DNA of 19,889 nucleotides from Bacteroidota bacterium (GTDB lineage Bacteria; Bacteroidota; Bacteroidia; CAILMK01; JAAYUY01). Numbering within the stretch: the stretch's first letter is position 1; every line of letters starts with the position of its first letter. Under the pieces are notes generated by a model. That model saw only the letters and a list, made by a program, of their open reading frames with translations. It searched no databases and was not told the DNA's origin. Below are positions 15,870 to 19,889 of this stretch, piece by piece. The stretch lies in assembly GCA_018698135.1 (NCBI GenBank), contig JABINZ010000208.1:1-19889 (forward strand). The letters run 5' to 3'. The position numbers and the translations under genes are program-made.

Positions 15870-18695
15870 ATGAAAATTTCAATTCGATTTATTGGTAATT
15901 TGATTTTGATTGGATTAATGTCCATTTCATTTCAGGGATTTTCTCAAATCCCTACCGATCTGAAGGCAGAAATGCCGATAGATAAATCCATCACCACAGG
16001 TGTTCTGGATAATGGTATTAAATATTACATCCGCGAAAACGCGACACCTAAAAACAGAGCTGAACTCAGATTGGTTATCAATGCTGGTTCATTGCTTGAA
16101 GACGAGCACCAGAGAGGTTTGGCTCACTTTTGTGAACATATGGCCTTTAATGGAACAAAGAATTTTGAAAAACATGCGCTGATCAACTTTCTTGAATCGA
16201 TTGGTATGAAGTTCGGTGCTGAACTAAACGCATATACAAGTTTTGATGAAACAGTTTACATGCTTACCATTCCGATGGATAAAAATGAATTCATTGACAC
16301 TGGTTTTCAAATTCTATCAGATTGGGCTTACAATGTAAGTTTTGAGGGTGAAGAAATTGATAAGGAAAGAGGTGTTATTCACGAAGAATGGCGACTTGGA
16401 CAAGGAGCACAAGATCGTATGTCACGCGAATATTTGCCTTTACTTTTCTACAAATCAAAATATGCAGAGAGACTTCCGATTGGTAAAATGGATATCATTG
16501 ACAAAGGCCCTCATGAATCACTAACCAGTTTTTATAAAGATTGGTATAGACCCGATTTGATGGCTGTTGTAGCTGTAGGTGATTTTGAAACGAAAGCCAT
16601 TGAAGATTATATTAAGAAATATTTCTCAGTTATTCCAGTTATGGAAAATCCGAGAGAAAGGCCCGTTTTTGATATGCCTAATCACAAAGATCCTTTAGTG
16701 AAGATCCTTGCTGATCCGGAAAATCCTTATAGCATGATTCAGGTTTATTACAAGAAAGACAAGAATATGGATGTGAATCATGCAAGCTATCGTGAAAACA
16801 TTGTCAAGTCATTATATTCCAGTATGTTGAGCAATCGTTTACAGGAAAAATTACAGGACAGCAAGCCTCCTGCATTATTTATGAATGGTGGCTTTTCTGA
16901 ATTGGTTAGAGTAAAAGATGCTTTTATGTTGATGGCTGTTGCAAAACGCAATAAATCGATGGAAAGTTTAGAGATGATGTTGATTGAAAAAGAACGCATC
17001 ACACGACATGGCTTTACATCTACAGAGCTGGAAAGACAAAAGATTGAGTTACTTAAAAATATTGAAAAACTCTACAAGGAAAGAGACAAGCAAAAGTCAA
17101 TTAGTTATGCCGGAGAATATCAGCGAAATTTTCTTGTGAATGAATCGATTCCTGGTATTGAATACGAATATGAAATGTATAAAAGCTTTCTTCCAACTAT
17201 AACAATTGAAGAGTTAAACCTGCTTTCAAAAGAATTTATTTCCACTGAAAATACTGTGATTATCATGACTTTCCCTGAAAAGAAAGACATCGAATTACCA
17301 AAAGAGAAGGATGTTCTTAAAATGATTAAAGCAGTAAAGGAAAAGAAAGACATTGAAGCGTATAAAGACGAAGTAATTGAAGCACCCTTGTTAGCAAATG
17401 AGCCAAAAGGATCAAAAGTTAGTGAGACTAAAAAAATTGCTAATCTTGATGCAACTGAGTGGACATTAGCCAATGGAGTGAAAGTAGTTCTGAAGAAAAC
17501 AGACTTCAAAAATGAAGAAATTCTAATGTCAGCTTATAGTTTGGGAGGCCAATCAGTTTATTCATTGAAAGATGATGTTTCTGCTGGTTTTGCAGGAAGT
17601 GTCATTAACCAAAGTGGTTTAGGTCAATTTGATAATACACAATTGGAAAAAATGTTAGCCGGAAAAGTAGTTTCTGTCTATCCTTATATTTCACAATTGG
17701 AAGAAGGGCTGAGAGGTAGTTCTACACCTGAGGATTTTGAAACGCTCATGCAACTTACTTATTTGTATTTTACTGAGCCAAGAAAAGACGAAAAAGCCTA
17801 TACTAATTTTATCGAAAGCCAGAAAGATCAAATCAATAATAAAGGTACTTCTCCGGATGATGTTTTCAGTGATTCCATTTCAGCAGTTATGTCGAACTAT
17901 CACGAGCGAGCATTGCCCATGACGTTAGAAAGTTTGAAAGAAGCTGATTTGAATCGTATCATGGAAATTTACATGGATCGATTTGCCAATGCAGGTGACT
18001 TTACTTTCTTTTTTGTTGGAAATTTCGATGAGAAAAAAATTAAGCCTTTAATTGAAAAATATTTGGGAGGACTTCCTGCAATTCAGCGAGAAGAATCGTG
18101 GGTTGATTTAGGAATTAGTAAGCCTGAGGGAGTTGTCGAGAAAGTGGTTTATAAAGGAACCGAGCCAAAGAGTACGGTATTTTTAGCATTCCCAGGTACC
18201 TATGTTTATAATCAGGAAACCAAAGTGAAACTAGACATCATGGTTAGTGCTTTGAATATTCGTTTACGTGAAAATATTCGTGAAGAGCAATCAGGTGTTT
18301 ATGGTATTTCCTGTTGGATAAATCAAAGTCATTTCCCAAAAGAAGAGTATTATGTGGGCGTGTATTTTGGTTGTGCACCAGAAAATGTAGACAAATTGAT
18401 AAAGAGCGTTTTTGAGGAAATTGAAAAAATGCAGCAGGAAGGAGCTCTTGAAGTAAATCTTAGTAAAGCGCAAGAATCAGCTTTACGAAGTCTTGAAAAC
18501 AATCTGAGAGAAAATAGATTCTGGTTAAATACACTTAAGAATTTCTACTTCCATAATCGTGATTTCACAGAATTTGATAAATACGAAGGAATAGTTAAAA
18601 ATATTAGTGTAGAGGATATGAAAAATTATGCAGAAAAGTATATCCATACGGATCATTATATCCGCGTGGTTTTGATGCCTGAACCTGCAAAATAA
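15870..18695 (+). CDS. Secreted tandem-domain M16 (pitrilysin/insulinase) family zinc peptidase
   Basis: 941 aa with a signal peptide. The inverted zinc motif HFCEHMAFNGT (HxxEH) lies in the N-terminal half. A second inactive M16-like half follows, as in PqqL-type proteins. ATG verified. Confidence 0.85.
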   Translation: MKISIRFIGNLILIGLMSISFQGFSQIPTDLKAEMPIDKSITTGVLDNGIKYYIRENATPKNRAELRLVINAGSLLEDEHQRGLAHFCEHMAFNGTKNFEKHALINFLESIGMKFGAELNAYTSFDETVYMLTIPMDKNEFIDTGFQILSDWAYNVSFEGEEIDKERGVIHEEWRLGQGAQDRMSREYLPLLFYKSKYAERLPIGKMDIIDKGPHESLTSFYKDWYRPDLMAVVAVGDFETKAIEDYIKKYFSVIPVMENPRERPVFDMPNHKDPLVKILADPENPYSMIQVYYKKDKNMDVNHASYRENIVKSLYSSMLSNRLQEKLQDSKPPALFMNGGFSELVRVKDAFMLMAVAKRNKSMESLEMMLIEKERITRHGFTSTELERQKIELLKNIEKLYKERDKQKSISYAGEYQRNFLVNESIPGIEYEYEMYKSFLPTITIEELNLLSKEFISTENTVIIMTFPEKKDIELPKEKDVLKMIKAVKEKKDIEAYKDEVIEAPLLANEPKGSKVSETKKIANLDATEWTLANGVKVVLKKTDFKNEEILMSAYSLGGQSVYSLKDDVSAGFAGSVINQSGLGQFDNTQLEKMLAGKVVSVYPYISQLEEGLRGSSTPEDFETLMQLTYLYFTEPRKDEKAYTNFIESQKDQINNKGTSPDDVFSDSISAVMSNYHERALPMTLESLKEADLNRIMEIYMDRFANAGDFTFFFVGNFDEKKIKPLIEKYLGGLPAIQREESWVDLGISKPEGVVEKVVYKGTEPKSTVFLAFPGTYVYNQETKVKLDIMVSALNIRLRENIREEQSGVYGISCWINQSHFPKEEYYVGVYFGCAPENVDKLIKSVFEEIEKMQQEGALEVNLSKAQESALRSLENNLRENRFWLNTLKNFYFHNRDFTEFDKYEGIVKNISVEDMKNYAEKYIHTDHYIRVVLMPEPAK

Positions 18696-18713
18696 TCAGC
18701 TTTTTAGTTAATC

Positions 18714-18746
18714 AAAAAAGGAGACCATTTGGTCTCCTTTTTTTTT
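18714..18746. terminator. Bidirectional rho-independent terminator
   Basis: aaaaaaGGAGACCatttGGTCTCCttttttttt is a 7-bp GC-rich stem with an A-tract before it and a T-tract after it. It lies between the convergent M16 peptidase (+) and DUF1846 (-) genes. Confidence 0.65.
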
Positions 18747-18765
18747 GTTATAGGGTAGATAGTAC

Positions 18766-19889
18766 TTACTGAAAATCAGGAATAGAAGATATTTTAGCCG
18801 AAGTTGTTACATTCATTTTTAATCGGATTAAGCCAACTTCATCTCCTGGTGTTGGTAAATGTGTCAAGTGCATTTCGCAGTTTTTAAGTTTGTTTAACTT
18901 ATTCAAAGCATGCTTTGCAGCCGGATTTGTTGACCCACTCATGGCTAAGGCTATTAGTGTTTCATTCACATTTAAAGAGCTTCCTTTCCTATTCAGTAAT
19001 CCAAATTTGAGTTCAGTTATACTTTTTATAATCTCTGGACTTAGGAGGTCAATCTCGTCAGGTATTTTCGAAAGTTCTTTTATGGCATTCAGTAAAACAG
19101 CCGATTCGGCATGAAATTGCTTTGAATTTTTTCCTGTAAGAATTTTGCCATCACTTAGCTGAATGGCAGCTCCACAGCTCACTCCATCAAATCCTTCTCC
19201 TTTTTTTGCGGTTAATTCAGCCATTTCAACAACCTTCCTGTCTTCTGGTTTTACATTCACTTTGTCCATGATCATTTGCATTTGATCGATGGTTTCTTGT
19301 GTTTCAATTCCTTCAATTTTTTCACGATGGTAACGGAAGTATCTTCTTAAAATCTCCTCTTTACCAGCTTTACTACAAGCTTCATTGTCAATGATGCCTT
19401 CTTTTGCCATATTCACACCCATGTCGGTTGGTGATCTGTATCCAAATGCTTCCAGTTCTCCGGTAATTCGTTTCATTAAATTATGAAGGATGGTGAAATT
19501 TTCGATATCTCTATTGTAGTTTATGGCTACCTGATTATATGCTTCTTTGTGAAAAGGATCAACGAGGTTTACATCCAGCATATCCGCAGTGGCAGCTTCA
19601 TATGCAACATTTATAGGATGATTTAATTCTAAATTCCAAATAGGGAAGGTTTCAAATTTGGCAAAACCGGTTTTAATTCCCATTTTTCGTTCATGGTGAA
19701 TTTGACTTAAGGCAACAGCCATTTTACCTGATCCACCACCAGCTCCCGTAATAATAGTCAGTTTTTTATCGCTTACAACATAAGGCTGATTATCGTAGCC
19801 TCTCAATACTTTTTCCAAATTGTTGGGATATCCCTCTATCTCTGTTTGGATATAAACCTTGATCCCATAATTCTCCAACTTGCTCTTAA
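18766..19889 (-). CDS. UPF0371/DUF1846 family protein, 5'-truncated by the window edge
   Basis: SGKMAVALSQIHHERKMGIKTGFAKFETFPIWN...AYEAATADMLDVNLVDPFH are the conserved blocks of this family. The track's M at 19878 is a TTG, and the frame stays open to position 19889. Full-length family members are longer than this ORF, so the N-terminus lies outside the window. Confidence 0.75.
   Translation of the reverse strand, partial: KSKLENYGIKVYIQTEIEGYPNNLEKVLRGYDNQPYVVSDKKLTIITGAGGGSGKMAVALSQIHHERKMGIKTGFAKFETFPIWNLELNHPINVAYEAATADMLDVNLVDPFHKEAYNQVAINYNRDIENFTILHNLMKRITGELEAFGYRSPTDMGVNMAKEGIIDNEACSKAGKEEILRRYFRYHREKIEGIETQETIDQMQMIMDKVNVKPEDRKVVEMAELTAKKGEGFDGVSCGAAIQLSDGKILTGKNSKQFHAESAVLLNAIKELSKIPDEIDLLSPEIIKSITELKFGLLNRKGSSLNVNETLIALAMSGSTNPAAKHALNKLNKLKNCEMHLTHLPTPGDEVGLIRLKMNVTTSAKISSIPDFQ

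Noticed and set aside
17120-17509. A 129-aa minus-strand ORF inside the M16 peptidase gene
   Set aside because: It is fully embedded antisense in a well-supported 941-aa CDS. The sequence is Ser/Phe-rich and low-complexity, with no independent signals.
1-19889. A search for CRISPR arrays, rRNA or tRNA genes, and transposase or integrase genes
   Set aside because: There are no regularly spaced direct repeats, no rRNA- or tRNA-like conserved blocks, and no transposase- or integrase-like ORFs. The window appears to be ordinary chromosomal backbone apart from the 11.6-13.6 kb patch.

Overview
This is a 19.9 kb, AT-rich, gene-dense chromosomal window. It reads like a Bacteroidota genome: there are no Shine-Dalgarno sequences, TAnnTTTG-type -7 promoter boxes precede many genes, and it encodes a lipoprotein serpin, TonB_C domain and flotillin/NfeD proteins. 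Most of it is core housekeeping.

A long minus-strand string (about 50-6154) runs: 98-aa basic tail-anchored protein, MutL, MenA, arginine deiminase, lipoprotein serpin, N-domain-only asparaginase-like protein. QueA and a 4-TM membrane protein follow on the plus strand. Citrate synthase, ferritin, shikimate kinase and Met-tRNA formyltransferase are on the minus strand. A flotillin/NfeD pair is on the minus strand. A 941-aa tandem M16 zinc peptidase is on the plus strand. A UPF0371/DUF1846 gene on the minus strand is cut by the window edge. Three clean bidirectional rho-independent terminators sit at convergent gene ends.

The only accessory-looking patch is about 11.6-13.6 kb. It holds an atypical MerR-type regulator with an N-terminal extension, a standalone secreted TonB_C-domain protein, and two unusually long non-coding spacers. 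The spacers carry two diverged same-orientation copies of a GC-richer 45-80 nt element with hairpin potential, a candidate sRNA or miniature repeat. The tightly packed arcA-serpin-asparaginase trio, a Fur-box-like palindrome abutting the ferritin promoter, and several non-ATG start calls in the ORF track are also flagged.

I see no CRISPR array, rRNA, tRNA or obvious mobile element, and no single clearly novel multi-gene system. The findings are individually modest and are offered as hypotheses.
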